In this document: positions 45,910-58,994 of the stretch, piece after piece
How the letters are laid out: each line of letters opens with the position of its first letter
Numbering within the stretch: position 1 is the stretch's first letter
Assembly: GCA_036630325.1 (NCBI GenBank)
Contig: CP142737.1
Location: 372,001 to 436,000, forward strand
DNA length: 64,000 bases
DNA from: Vairimorpha necatrix
Taxonomy: Eukaryota
Direction of reading: 5' to 3'
Program-made: the position numbers and the translations under genes
The notes under the pieces: generated by a model
The model's database searches: none
Seen by the model: the letters and a program-made list of their open reading frames with translations, nothing else
What the model was told of the DNA's origin: nothing

Positions 45910-48900
45910 TGTCAAATGTTTTATTTGGATTTTCCATCCCCTCTTTCGGAAATGTTTTTAAATACTTTTTGTAGCCAATCAAATCTGTCCATTTGTAAGA
46001 ATATGATTGGTCAGCATTTGATCGGCTACGACACCCCCTCAATCAGTCTTCGACGTGTCCTTCTTAATATGACTTATGTTAACTCTCAATACGCCTGCTG
46101 AATTTTTCCTTTTTACCAGAAATGCGTCTTCACTTAAAATTTTGACAATAATATAACCAGGTGACCATTTAGCTTCTAACTTTCCACTTCCTGGGTAATC
46201 TCTGTAAACTAAAACATCTTCTCCTATTTTAAACTTTTGCTTTATATCTTTTTTCCCTTTAACGATGTATTTGCTGTATTTTTTAAAGTTTAAGTCCCTC
46301 TTCCGTAAAAGTTCTTGCTTCGTATAGGTCTTAGGGGTAACTCCTATTCTCTCATCTATGGCTGTTGTTATTTGCTGACCGTATTTTAGAATGTACGGCG
46401 ATGTTCCTATTGATCGGTTAAACGATAGATTTACTGCCAATGTAGCTTCTTTGACAACTTTCCTCCAGCCAATTTCGCCATAGTTTGCTAATTTTCTAAT
46501 TTTGTTCGTCAATGTTTGTATGACCCTCTCAACCGCGCCTGTAGTCTGGTGATGGTATGGCGAACAAAATTCCCATGATATATTATACTTTGAACCTAAT
46601 GCTTGTACCACGCTGTTGTCAAACTCTAAGCCGTTGTCTGTCAAGATTCTTTCGGGTATCCCATGCTTACTAATGATTAATTCTTCGATCGCCTTATATA
46701 TTTCACAGCTCTTTTTGCTTCGTAAGATCTTGGTTTCTATCCATTTAGAGTAGTGATCGATCGCTACAAATATGTATCCGCTTCCGCTGTTGTCCGAAAG
46801 TTTTCCAAGCAGATCAAATTCCCACAGCTGATTGGGTCTTTCTGAAAGTATTACTTTGTTCTTTGTCTTCACGCGTTGATATCCCGAACGAAGACATGTT
46901 TTGCAATTGCTTACGAATTTCGAAATGTCTTGGTGCATTGTTTTCCACTTATGTGCCTGTGAAATCATAAATTTCATGGTATTTGATGTCCCATGCCCTG
47001 ATATTTTATGGTACTCCTCTAGTATGTCGTTGATGTTATTATTCGATAACTGATGTAAATCAATGTTACATGTTTCACACTCTTGGTGAAATCTACTAAA
47101 GCCATCAGCAATGTTATGCTCTCCTTTTATATACTCCAATTCGAAGTCGTATTCCGCCAATTTGAGTGCCCATCTGAGAATCCTACTAGTTGGATCCTTC
47201 ACTGTCCATAGATAGATTAAGGCTTTGTGGTCCGTTCTGAGCGTAAATTTGCTTCCCAAAAGGTAATGTCTAAAATGTTCTATTCCTTTAACCAAGCCAA
47301 GAAGTTCTTTATCGGTAACTGAATAATTCTTCTGACAATTATCTAGTCTTTTGCTAAAGGCGGCTATCATTTTTTCAGCTCCAGTTTTGTTCTTTTGCAG
47401 CAGCACCGCTCCTATTCCCGTTTCAGATGCGTCAGTAACCAGAATGAATGGAGCTTTAAAATTTGGCTGTGTACGTATTGTATTTTGGCTTAGTACTTTT
47501 TTAACGGTTTTAAACGTATCCAGCTGTTTGTCAGTAAGTTTAATTTTTTTACCAGATGTCTGTTTTTCGCCCTTAAGTACATCATACAAGGGTCCCGTAA
47601 TTTCTGCCATCTTTGTCACAAAATCCCTGCAATAGTTGGCCATTCCTAGAAAACTCCTTAATTCCTTTATGGTGGTAGGAATTGGGTACGCTTGTATATC
47701 CTTAATGCGCGTTTCGTCTACCTTTATGATTCCGTTTCCAATGACGTTCCCCAAGATCTTTATTTCCGATCTAAAGAATTTACACTTTTTCTTATTAAGC
47801 GATAGATTTGCCGCTCTTATTTTTCCCAATACTATTCTCACATGTTTCTTATGTTCTTCCTTGTTCCTTGAATATATTATAATATCGTCTAAGTATGGGA
47901 TCACAAAATTATGGTTTTCTTTCCTGAATATATTGTCCATTGCCCTTTGAAATGTTGCTGGGGCGTTACATAGTCCGAACGGCATACGATTAAATTCGTA
48001 TAATTTCCCCCTATACGAAAATGCTGTCTTTTCCTTGTCTTCTTCTTGTAAAGGAATTTGATGGAATCCACTAGTCGCGTCCAGTATTGTAAAAATAGTT
48101 GCAGTTGATAGACTGTCAAAAATCTCGTCGATTCTAGGTGTCATGTATGCGTCCTTTACTGTTATGCTATTCAGACCTCTATAGTCTACGCACATTCTCC
48201 ATGTTTTGTCAGGCTTCGGTACCATCAGTATTCTGCTACACCAGGGACTTCTGCTTTCCCTTAAAATTCCAAGTTCTAGGAGTTTGTTGATTTCTTCATT
48301 TACGGCTTCTTCTTGTGATACTGGCATTCTTCCGTTCCTTTGGCAAATTATCTTCGTACTGTTCGTCTGTATACGATGACTACCTGCAGTGCAGAGGTTA
48401 TAGTCGCTTATTTCTGTTTTGAAGACGTCCTCGTACTCTTTCAAAATTTTGTTCTCTTCTAAATCACATGCGGAATTCGACATTTGGTTGATTCTATATT
48501 TTGGTGCATTTAGAATATCTAAAATCAGTTTTCTATTGTCGCATATTACATTTGCTCCTATTATAACATATTTTATGTCTTTGATTATTAAGGGTGAGAA
48601 GATCACACCTTTTCCATTGATTTCGATTATACAGTCTTTTAAATAGCCTTCTATTTTTAATATTTCATTTCCTATACCTTTTACTACGCCATTATATCTA
48701 ATAATCTTATTACGTTCTTCTTGTGGAATATCATTGTAATTTATGACCGAAACATCGGCCCCAGTGTCTAGTAGTACTTTCGTATTTTTATTAAAGAGAC
48801 GGCTTTCCACAAAAAATGGGTTAAAACTATTTTGTATATGATGTAAATAGAATTCAATTTCTTTATTGTCATGATCTTTCTCGTCACTTTCGTATTCTTC

Positions 48901-49764
48901 AACGGCATTTATATTTTTTCTCTTCAAGTTGTTTCTTTCTCTATTGAGTATTATGGTAAGTGCTTTGCAGTCTCTTGTGGAATGGTTACATTCCCCGTGG
49001 AGTGTGCACCGTTTATTAGGATGCCGCGGTAGTTTTTCATGGGTTATGTTTCTTTTAAATCCTTTTTCTTTGTAAAAATTAGTGTGGGGCCCTCTGCCCG
49101 CGTTGTCGTGTAGCTTAGTCCTAGCTAACATCTTATCGGGATATGGAATCCACGATATCTCCTCCGCCTTTTGTATAAATCCTTGCCACGTCTGGACTGT
49201 AGTTGCGGTCTGGTATAACAGAGCTTTTATCTCCATTGGTGATTTATTAATTACCATTTGGCACAAAGCGTCCAAATTTATAAGAGATCTCTCATATATT
49301 ACAGTAGCTTCCTGTAGCATCTGCGAGTAATCTTCTCTCGTTTCCGGGACCATTATTGAGAGGAACCTGCTTAGTGTTATATCGTTGTTCTTATACGATC
49401 CAAATCTTTTCTTTATTAAATGAAGTATTTCCTCTAAGCTGACTGTCTCCATTTTCCCGCCTAATGTCTGGGAAGCCCATGATAATGCTTTCCCCCTGAG
49501 CTTGCTCACCAATGCCGCTTTGAATTGATCATTGGTCCATTTCGAAACTTCCCCTACCAACATTATGTCTCTCAGCCAGACATTTACATCCTCACCTGCT
49601 TCTCCTGTGAAGCATCCGACATTGTTTGTCGTTGTCGCCATGTCAAATGTTTTATTTGGATTTTCCATCCCCTCTTTCGGAAATGTTTTTAAATACTTTT
49701 TGTAGCCAATCAAATCTGTCCATTTGTAAGAATATGATTGGTCAGCATTTGATCGGCTACGACA
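45910..49764 (-). mobile_element. Ty3/gypsy LTR retrotransposon 3, intact, identical LTRs
   Basis: 124-bp LTRs 45910-46033 and 49641-49764 read identical; TSD ATGCT; PBS TGGCGACAAC; PPT gaggggg. Confidence 0.97.
46039..49641 (-). CDS. Single-ORF Gag-Pol polyprotein
   Basis: CTLHGECNH..C, LLDTGA, YLDD, TDAS and integrase DDE motifs. Probable start is the ATG at the LTR/PBS junction; the frame is open from 49713. Confidence 0.95.
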   Translation of the reverse strand: MATTTNNVGCFTGEAGEDVNVWLRDIMLVGEVSKWTNDQFKAALVSKLRGKALSWASQTLGGKMETVSLEEILHLIKKRFGSYKNNDITLSRFLSIMVPETREDYSQMLQEATVIYERSLINLDALCQMVINKSPMEIKALLYQTATTVQTWQGFIQKAEEISWIPYPDKMLARTKLHDNAGRGPHTNFYKEKGFKRNITHEKLPRHPNKRCTLHGECNHSTRDCKALTIILNRERNNLKRKNINAVEEYESDEKDHDNKEIEFYLHHIQNSFNPFFVESRLFNKNTKVLLDTGADVSVINYNDIPQEERNKIIRYNGVVKGIGNEILKIEGYLKDCIIEINGKGVIFSPLIIKDIKYVIIGANVICDNRKLILDILNAPKYRINQMSNSACDLEENKILKEYEDVFKTEISDYNLCTAGSHRIQTNSTKIICQRNGRMPVSQEEAVNEEINKLLELGILRESRSPWCSRILMVPKPDKTWRMCVDYRGLNSITVKDAYMTPRIDEIFDSLSTATIFTILDATSGFHQIPLQEEDKEKTAFSYRGKLYEFNRMPFGLCNAPATFQRAMDNIFRKENHNFVIPYLDDIIIYSRNKEEHKKHVRIVLGKIRAANLSLNKKKCKFFRSEIKILGNVIGNGIIKVDETRIKDIQAYPIPTTIKELRSFLGMANYCRDFVTKMAEITGPLYDVLKGEKQTSGKKIKLTDKQLDTFKTVKKVLSQNTIRTQPNFKAPFILVTDASETGIGAVLLQKNKTGAEKMIAAFSKRLDNCQKNYSVTDKELLGLVKGIEHFRHYLLGSKFTLRTDHKALIYLWTVKDPTSRILRWALKLAEYDFELEYIKGEHNIADGFSRFHQECETCNIDLHQLSNNNINDILEEYHKISGHGTSNTMKFMISQAHKWKTMHQDISKFVSNCKTCLRSGYQRVKTKNKVILSERPNQLWEFDLLGKLSDNSGSGYIFVAIDHYSKWIETKILRSKKSCEIYKAIEELIISKHGIPERILTDNGLEFDNSVVQALGSKYNISWEFCSPYHHQTTGAVERVIQTLTNKIRKLANYGEIGWRKVVKEATLAVNLSFNRSIGTSPYILKYGQQITTAIDERIGVTPKTYTKQELLRKRDLNFKKYSKYIVKGKKDIKQKFKIGEDVLVYRDYPGSGKLEAKWSPGYIIVKILSEDAFLVKRKNSAGVLRVNISHIKKDTSKTD

Positions 49765-50068
49765 ATGCTTTTTCTCGTTTAATTTTTTAGATATGCTTCA
49801 TGAATTCTCAAAATTTTATTAAAGTTCAATTTTTAAGAATTTTTATAAACACTAAAAAAAATAAAAAAAGTTTTAAAAAAAACTAAACCCTGTTTCTCAT
49901 TCATTAGCTTCAATCTCGAGTATTAATTTTCTCGGAAAATAAATTAAAAAAAATAAAATTCGAAAATATGATGTTGTGTTCATATACAAAAATTCGTTTT
50001 AGTTTAATAGGTGACCATAATTGTATTAAGATTACATTTTATTTGCCCGTTCAATATATAGTATACAA

Positions 50069-52652
50069 CAGGGGTCGACAAAAAAGCGCCCGTTTTCATT
50101 TTTCATATTGAGAAGAAATTTAAAAATTTATAATTTCAATTTTTTGAAAAAAATTTGATCAATTATATTTTTAATGCTAAATATTGGGAGTACATTATAA
50201 GGAGTTAATCTACTTTTCGTTAAGCAAAAAGACCTTTCGACAAAAATTTTCTTACATATGATGATTATAACAATAAAATTATTTTCTTTCAATTATAAAG
50301 TTCTTTAAAATTTATTTTAACAATAATTATGCCATAAAACATGCTAATGCAACGTTCAAAAAATTTTAAAAATTTATTACAAAATTTTTTTACCCCTTTA
50401 TGGAACCTTCAAAAAAAAATATGAAATTATTAATTCAATAATTCATGGGAAGAAGATTTTTCTTTATAGAATTTCAAGGTAGGTGTATTTGTTTTTTGTG
50501 CAACAAAAGCATTGCAATATGCAAAAAAAGTATCTTGGAACGACACTTTAATGGTTTGCTTGAAAATATAAATATTGAATGCCCACTGAATTCCGAACTG
50601 CGAAAAAGTAAGTTGATATCATTAAAATCGGCCATTGTAAAACAGCAGAGATATTATACAAAGCCAAAAGAGTTTTCGAAGGCGCCCGCTGTAGCTTCAA
50701 TAAAAGTTGCACATCTGTTGGCTAAGAAGAAAAAAACCTTTACTGATGCAGAAATTATAAAATAGACTATGATAACAGCAGCGGATTCTCTTTTTGAAGA
50801 TTTTGAAAACAAGAGAAATTTTAAAAGCTATTAATATGTTGCAGTTATCAGCTAGAACTGCATCAAGAAGAATAGAATTAATTGCTAATAATTTAGAATC
50901 AGAATTAGATAAAGACTTAAGAAATTGTATGTATTTCTCTTTTTAGCTTGATGAATCTACCGATGTAGTTGACACAGCACAACTAATTGTTTCTATAAAA
51001 CTGGTATTTAATGACTTTTCAACTAAAGTTAAATTTTTGTAAATTCTACCTTTAACTGCTCGTACAACGGGAAAAGACATTTTTTCTATATTTAAAAAAT
51101 TTATTGTCGATAAAAATATACCACTTCGAAAACTTTCTTCTATTACTACTGATAGTGCACGAGCAATGGTCGGAAAAGAAAACGGATTTATTGGGTTATG
51201 TAGAAAAGATATATTGTTTCTAAAAGTTTATTTCATATCACTGTATAATTCATCAACAAGTTTTATTTTCAAAAAGTGTTAATTTTGGCTCATATTTTAT
51301 TAATTGTTACTAAAATTATAAATTCGATAAGAGCCAAAACAACTCAACATAGGCTGTTAAGCTGCTTATGGAAGAAGAAAACGGAGATTTTTAAGTTTTA
51401 GTTCTTCATACAGAAGTGAGATGGATTAGCCGATGCAAAGTTCTTGAACGCTTTATTAAGCTTTTACCTCAAATAAAGGAATTTATTGCAATGAGAAATG
51501 AAACTTATATAGAATTAGAAAACAAAAGTTGGTTATTAGATCTTGGATTTTTAGCGGATATCACAATGAAATTTAACGAGCTAAATTTAAAATTACAACA
51601 AAAGAATTCACATATTGCAGATATGATAAGCTTAATTAATTCTTTTAAAAATAAGTTAAAACTTTTTAGAAACAATTTAATGAAGAAATTTTTATCTCAT
51701 TTTCAAAATACTAAGTTGATGATTGAAAAAATAAATTTAAGTATTCATGAATTCGATCCTACATCGTACATAGGCGCATTAGATTTATTACTGATTGAGT
51801 TTTCTAAAAGATTTCATGATTTGCGATCATTAGAGGAAATAATTCCATTTTTTGTTAATCCCCTAATGTTTTTGATTCTGATTTACCAGTAAAAATTTTT
51901 ATTTTTTTTCATATAGTTAACATGGACGGCTTAGAAATTGAAATTAATATTTGAAGAATGATATAGTTTTAAAATCTCATTATTTAGACAAGGACTTATG
52001 GAAATGGGTTTCAGATAATAGTTTCCCCATTTTAAGAAAATGTGCAACCAAAATATTTTCTTATTGTGGAACCACATATAATTGTGAAGCTTTTTTTTCG
52101 AATATGACGCATTTAAAATCAAAATATCGAACACAACTTACGGACAAACATTTAGATAACTGTTTAAGAGCTGCCAATTCATCTTAAATCATTAATTATG
52201 ACCAAATTGCAGATGACATCAAAATCAAGTTTCTCATTAAAAAGTATTGTTCTTAGAATTTCTCTACACGTAGTTAATTTTTGTTATTTCTTCGAGATTT
52301 AATCGAAAACAAAATTTAAACCTCTTTTCAAAGTAATTATGAAGAAATTTGCTTCGCATTCTTATGAAAACAATGTCTATTAAATCTATATAAAACCATT
52401 AAATTTTTTTTCGATTCTCTTAATAATTTAAGAAAACTCTTGTAAATAAATTTAATTATAATTTTCGTTTTAATATAAAAATACTGAAAAAACTCATAAT
52501 CGTATTATTTGCTACGAATGTTTTTTTAAAAAGATTTCCAGAGGATTTATTATAATTTTCTTAAATATTTTTTTGAGCTTAACCCGTTTTTCGTTTTAAG
52601 GTTTTTATATTACCCATTTCGAACTTTCTTTCAAAAAGGTTGCCGAACCCTG
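50069..52652 (+). mobile_element. hAT transposon (GTF2IRD2/Buster-like), decayed
   Basis: TIR caggggtcgacaa / ttgccgaaccctg; degenerate 8-bp TSD; fragments CICFLC..RHF, LDESTD, EVRWISR, TTYNCEAFFS. Confidence 0.9.
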
Positions 52653-52719
52653 GTCTATATGATAAAAAAAATTCGAAATGAGGGGATATGCATTTTTTAA
52701 TCCGTTGTCTATAAAAAAC

Positions 52720-55700
52720 GAATATTACTAAAAATACAAATCAATCTATAAATTATTAATAACACGATTTATAAAGAAACAAAGAAAGATTTAAGAGTTA
52801 ATGTATCATTGGTCGTAAATGGTTATAGCACAGCTTTACCGGTATCGGTTATGGGATTTGGCGTTTTATAGACTTCAGTTTCTGTGGAATAAGAAATATT
52901 TTCCAACTTCACTTTTTCAGCTTCATTCATCTTTGCCGACACCACTTCTTTAACGGTCGCCATATTCGCTAGTGCGCTTACAACTCTAGCCACTTCTTCT
53001 TCTCCTGCATCCTCCTGATCGTATACTCGCCGTCGTTCCTTAGAGAAGGACTCTAGAGTCTTCTTCTGCACAATAGATTGAATGTATGCTTCCAGAGAGG
53101 TTGAATTTCCAGCTCCCCGATGTACTTTCTGTAATATTTGGTCGCCACTCCATCCCATGTCATTACATAAGGAACTATTCTTGTGTAGAATTTATGTACT
53201 AGTCCCAGTTCATTTGCAAGAAGGTCATATTTTCTTAGTTTTTCATTCTCAACTATAGTAAGTCGATCCTGGTTGGTTATACCAACTTCAACTATAAAAA
53301 TTTCTTTCTTCTTCTTGTCAAACAACTGAAACATCGGGCTTATTATGGATCACCTTTAAATTAGTGGATATTCTCGTATCTACTCTTATTTCTGCACGAT
53401 CATTTTCCATGTTCTCTTGTACTGAAATGCCTCGTATTTTCTTTGTCTTCTTAAGACCATATTTAATACATAGTAAGAGATGAATGCTTGCAACTACCTC
53501 GTTGTGTCTTTTCATATAATCAAAACCCAACATTCGATCACACTTAGTAGCTAAATGATCCACGGCATTCCTATGAGATCCACAATGGGGGCATTGTCCC
53601 TCTTGTCCACAGAAAATATTTCTATCCTGTAGAAAGCAGTAAATTACTTCGGATATAGCCTGATTGTTCCATTACGCCAGGTAGAAGGGTCTATAATGCT
53701 TACTATAATATTAATCCTAGCTTAAACAACTTTCCATGGTTTTAATATATGTTAATTTTGTTGTAAAGCGCTTCTTTTGTGGATTTCTATTAGCATCTTC
53801 TAAGTTGTCTCTCCTGCAAAGCTATACATAATCCTTAGATGCTCTTAAATTGTAAAAAAGTGGGATTTGCCCTCTGCCTCTACCTTAAGTATCGCTGCTC
53901 GTCTTAGTGAGCTATTTTTAGATCCATCTAATATTTTATATATAAATATTCAAGAATATTTTCGCTTCTATATTCGATACTTATAAGGCCTCTTCCCATT
54001 TAGGTTCTCGGAAGGTATAGTCATTCCTTGCAGTCTGGATGTAGATGGAGCTGATACTTAATACGTACACTGTCAGTTATCATAATCTTGACTTTTGAAA
54101 TCTTTTGTTCTCCATTTAAAAAGACCTATATGATAGTTTATTACTAATATAGCATGCTTATTATTAGATCGAATATTGTTCTTACCATTTAATTGAGTCT
54201 TGCACAGTTTTTCAACCCTCTGTAAGATCTCATTTTTTACTTTTTCAAAAGTCTCTCTTTTGACAGCACTAGAGGCATCCTCTGTAATTCCAAGGTATTT
54301 GTATCCTTGATGCCCTTCTAGTGCTACAGCATCTTCACTACAATCACTACAGTTAGTTGCAGACTTACTTCTGTCTATTTCCAAACCTACAGATGAGAAG
54401 TACTTTGTAGTTTCCTTATTCATCAGTTTTAAAACGACATCGTTCTCTGCGAGGAGCTTAAGATCATCAATAAATAGAAGATGGTTTGTTACATAAACAC
54501 TTTTGTGAGTCTGTATTCCTACTTTTGGGTAAATTGAATTTAGTTTCCTGCTCAACGGGTCCATACATAGTACAAACAAAAGCGGCCACAAGGAATCCCC
54601 TTGTAATGTGCCTCATTCAATCTTCTTATTCAGTATCGTTTCCGATCCTGATTTTATCTCAATGTGCCACCTTTTAACGGTGGCTTCTAAGAATTTACTT
54701 ATCCATTGAGGGAGATTTAACTTACTAATACACGTTAATAGATAAGAATGGTCTACGGAATCGTAGGCTTTCTTTACATCTATCCACATGGTCTTCAGCT
54801 TGTTTCCCTGCTTGTTGGACTTATCTAACTGTCCCTAGTTGGTTCTCTGCTAGTAGCCCTCTACTTTCTACAATTAGCTGCATTGCCTTTGTAGTGCATT
54901 TCGTTGTAAGCTTGTAGGGGTTCGACATACAGGTAATAGGCCCGAAGTCATTACCACTGGTGGGGATACCTTTAGGTATTAAATAAGTAATCCCCTTGTA
55001 GAACCAAGCTTCGCGTTCTTTACTATCCAGGCATACTTCCTTAATAATCTTGTAAAGGAATGGGTGTAGAACTTCACACTTCTTAATAAAGAAATCGAAG
55101 ATTCCATCACAGCCTGCAGCCTTCCAATTTGGTAAATATTTAATAATTTCTACAAATTCTTGCAAGGTCGGGGAAGTGATCTAACCTTGGCTATCAGGAA
55201 TGTATTTTAGAAGATATTCCTAGAGATTATTGCAGTCTTCGAATTGCTCTTTCTGATTTCACATGGTAGACCAGAATGAACTAATATCTTTTTTGCTTAC
55301 ATTATGAGTAACCTCATTGGCATACTTGAGTCTTCTATAGAAATTGCTCCTATATAGCTCAAATTTTTGATTTTCACGCCTATACTTTCTGCGTCGGTCT
55401 GAGACCTCTAGCTTCCTTGAGTATATGGCTTTCCTCTCGTTAGGTATAGCAATAGCCTTAGAAGTATCTCGGTATAAACATGCAAGCATGTTAAGTTCAC
55501 GCATTACCCTCTTGGCTTCATGCTTTTCATCATTTATAAGTTTATCAAAAGCCCTGGCCTTTTTGATAAGCACTACCTTGTCTTCGATCTCAGTGTTCTT
55601 TTTCAAGATACTTTCCTTCCAAGACGAAGGTTTGGGCTTCTTACTGGCCATTTCCTGATAGCAGATCTGTGCAGCTTGCAGTATCCTTGCCATCTCTGTC

Positions 55701-56330
55701 ATGTTATGAGAGGGGTGGGATCTAACGTGACTATCTACCGCCTAGACTGTAGGATCAAGTTTCAACAGATCAACTTCAAGGAAGAAATCTTCCACGTTCT
55801 TTCTACCTGGTCCACACATGTATGGATACAACTAAGTTTCTCCAAGAACAATTTTTGTGCTTTTAGAAAGAGCTCGGTTTCAAAGAGACTATTCCCTTCT
55901 TTCGAGCCAGTTTCAGTCTTTCTTCTTTTGGTAATATTCACTAAGAATTCCCGGACCGTCATTTGTCTACCACTATTTCCAGTGAGCGCTTTCTTCGCTT
56001 TGCCCTTAAATTCTAGTGAACTCATGTTAGACCCAAATTTTCCACAGAAGAACTCGGTAGCTTTATTCCACCCCCCTCTTGTCATTCTACCAAATCTATT
56101 TATGATTGATAGAAATACTCTTTGAGACCACTCTTCTTCACTCGCTTAGGTACTCACAAGTACTGCTGCAAGAGTCTCAGAAGTGGGTTGGGTGGGCACA
56201 ATGGTGTGTTCTGGCCCCTGTCATTTCTCTTGTGTTAATTTTGCCCCTTACCGTTTCGGAAGGTTGGTTTGTTATTTTTTCCTCATACTCTGTCCTTACC
56301 CTCATTTAGATCTTCCTATAAATATATATA
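52720..56330 (-). mobile_element. RLE-type non-LTR retrotransposon, decayed; ends approximate
   Basis: PNWKAAGCDG, PITCMS, HLLFIDDLKL (RT), YKYLG, DHLATKC, RHNE, KPD and EVGITNQ..KLRKY motifs. Confidence 0.92.
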
Positions 56331-57433
56331 TTTTCAATATTTGCAAAACTATCAATGCCGTGAGGTATTATAATTATAAGCAAGCTCGCGTAGTTCAACC
56401 CTTCCTCCTTTTGTGGTGCGTATTACACACTTGTCTACTACAGATATAAATCAAATTTTTACGAAATTATGTACTTTACATTATAATCCGCTGTTCTATT
56501 TATCTTTTTCGTAAATTTTAAAAAATTCCCACTAAGTATCAAACATCGATTTTATAAATATTATAGGTGTGTACATACAATTTTATTAGATCTAATTGTA
56601 TTATTTCGGTCAATAAATGAACTTCGAAAATAGGCGAAAATTATTTTGTGGTTGGAAGCTGCACACATTTCATGCCTTAACTTCAAAAAATCCTAAAACT
56701 ATTCACCATTTGTGACTTAATAATCGCCTTCAAGTATAAAGAAAAGGGAAATAAAGAACAAATAAAAAATTATATTTATAGATGCAGCGTATTAATTAAT
56801 TACTGTGAGGACTTGAATTACATCTCCTTTATTTCAACAAGTTCCTAATTTTTGATATTATTATGATATAAGAAGAGCACTATTACAATGATCTTGTATT
56901 TTCTTTTAAAAATGAGTTAGTTAGAGTGATGTTAAGGACTACATCACAATAGTAGGTGTCAAAAATATCATCTGTCAAATATTTTATAACGTCGACACAA
57001 TGCGTCAATAAAAAAAATAAAATAATACTCTGGTAATACGGTTATAAATGCAAAAGAATTCTCCTTTTTTTTAATTGCTAATTAATTCTTATATTAAAAA
57101 TAAAATATTTTTAGAAGTTTGTCTTTGGAGGGTATGGAATGTCAGAGAAGCAATAACACCATCAATAAAGTTATTAATATTAACAATTTTTTAGAAAGCT
57201 GTTTTAAATATAGTAGAGTTTCAATTATACGGGACAGTTAGTTTTTACAATTAATTCTAACTGATTTAATTACAACTATAAAGAGGTTGATAAAATTCAA
57301 TATTAAATGCTCGACTTTGTATCTAATTTAGATCGTATAAAATATAAAGAATCTAATGTTTTTCTATCAATTAAGTCATCGACTATTTAATCTCAAATTT
57401 TTTTCAACATATTTCTAGTTTGTCTCCCTCAAT

Positions 57434-58087
57434 ATGTTAATCCTGTCAGACGAGGAAATATTTATTTTAATACTAGAAGACGATTCTACTATCCTTTCAA
57501 TTAATAATATTATTAGTATCATCTCTGACTTTTATTATCTTTCTAATAGATACAGAGATGGTTTCTCATTTTTCAAACGTAATCCTGATATCTCTCATCT
57601 AGATGATTATTTATCTTATATGATATATTTTAATGAGTACAATATAAATGTACCAAAGTATAAAGACCTTATAATTAATATAATAAAATATAAACTAATG
57701 GGTCATGAATACATTTCAAGTACTATTATTAAGTCTACTAAAGTGTGTTCATGTCTTTTCCCAGGATGTAGTAGATACTGTAAATATAAATATTTACTAA
57801 ATACATATTCTTCTAAAACATATTTCATGGAATTAATATATAATATTTTCTTGAAAGGTTCTTACGATTATAATCTTCTTATAGAAAGTATTCTAGTGTA
57901 TGAGCGAATTGACATTATAAATTTAATATTAGAAAGATATGAAGATAAAGAATTAGAAATAATTAAGAAGAAGATAATAGAAAGTAGAGAGAAAGACAAA
58001 TTAGAAATAATACGAAGTTTAGTAAAGAGCAAATGTATAGATGTAAGGTATTTAAGTGAAATATCTGAATATCACGCAATAGATTAA
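57434..58087 (+). CDS. Hypothetical protein
   Basis: 217-aa ORF, ccctcaat before ATG, codon style like the neighbouring host genes; C-x-C-x4-C-x3-C cluster. Confidence 0.7.
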   Translation: MLILSDEEIFILILEDDSTILSINNIISIISDFYYLSNRYRDGFSFFKRNPDISHLDDYLSYMIYFNEYNINVPKYKDLIINIIKYKLMGHEYISSTIIKSTKVCSCLFPGCSRYCKYKYLLNTYSSKTYFMELIYNIFLKGSYDYNLLIESILVYERIDIINLILERYEDKELEIIKKKIIESREKDKLEIIRSLVKSKCIDVRYLSEISEYHAID

Positions 58088-58229
58088 TATATTATAAGTT
58101 TGTATTTTACAATACTAGATATTTATTTATATAATCTTTAATATACTTTGGATATGTAAGGTCAATTTACATGTGCAAGTGTGGTATTAAATTAGTTGAT
58201 AGATGTTTTTATTAAATCTTTCTGTTTGT

Positions 58230-58994
58230 TTTTTCTTCTTTTCAGGCAAGAGATGGGGAGAACCCTTACATAGGGACCAAAGGATTTGGCATTTGTCCAA
58301 CTGATACTATGAGATTCTTATTCGCATAGACTCCCCACTTATAATTTATCGACACAGCAAGCTTCGCCGTATCATCATACTTTGGCTCCAAGAGAACACT
58401 TTCTCATTTAGACCTCAAATCGCATCTAGAGTGACCTCACGGCGGATATACTTAACAAACATGGGTATCTATAACCAGATGATAGACACTAATTTACAAA
58501 CTCAAAGATCCCAAAATCATCTGTATCGCGCACACGCTCCTTACCCCGCCACATAACCAGCCCGGCATTTTTATTGGACTGCGTTGACCACCAGTCTCCT
58601 TCTAGTTTCGGCTGCCGTATTAGCAACTTTTTGTAAGTTATAGCCCATGAGTCACATATTCTTTACTTCGTCTAGTCTCTTAGTTAATTTTAATATTTAA
58701 CTCTAGAATTTGCGCCGCGGGGTTCAAAAAGGCTATACCAAATACTTTTGTGTGGTATTAGATCCCGCTAGAAGGATACTGTTTTTTTAGACTTAAGAGT
58801 CTTTTCTACACTAGATGTTAATCCTTTTATAACTGGACGCACACAAGTTTCATTAGATTCTTGATTCTCGTGGACATTTTGATTATCTGAGTTGTCTGTC
58901 TATCTTATAAGGTAGAAACAATTTGGTGTCTCTGAAATTCGAACCCGCCATGCTCTTTGGAACTCTTCCTTTGATAATTGGGTCAAGGGCACCT
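58230..58994 (-). mobile_element. tRNA-headed SINE-like element (copy B)
   Basis: Head 58924-58993 (GGTG...GGTTCGAAT...CACCA); body colinear with copy A; possible TSD AAAACAAA. Confidence 0.75.

Noticed and set aside
56300-56450. HDV-like ribozyme at the LINE 5' end
   Set aside because: No P1/P3/L3 arrangement found by eye here or near 18700.
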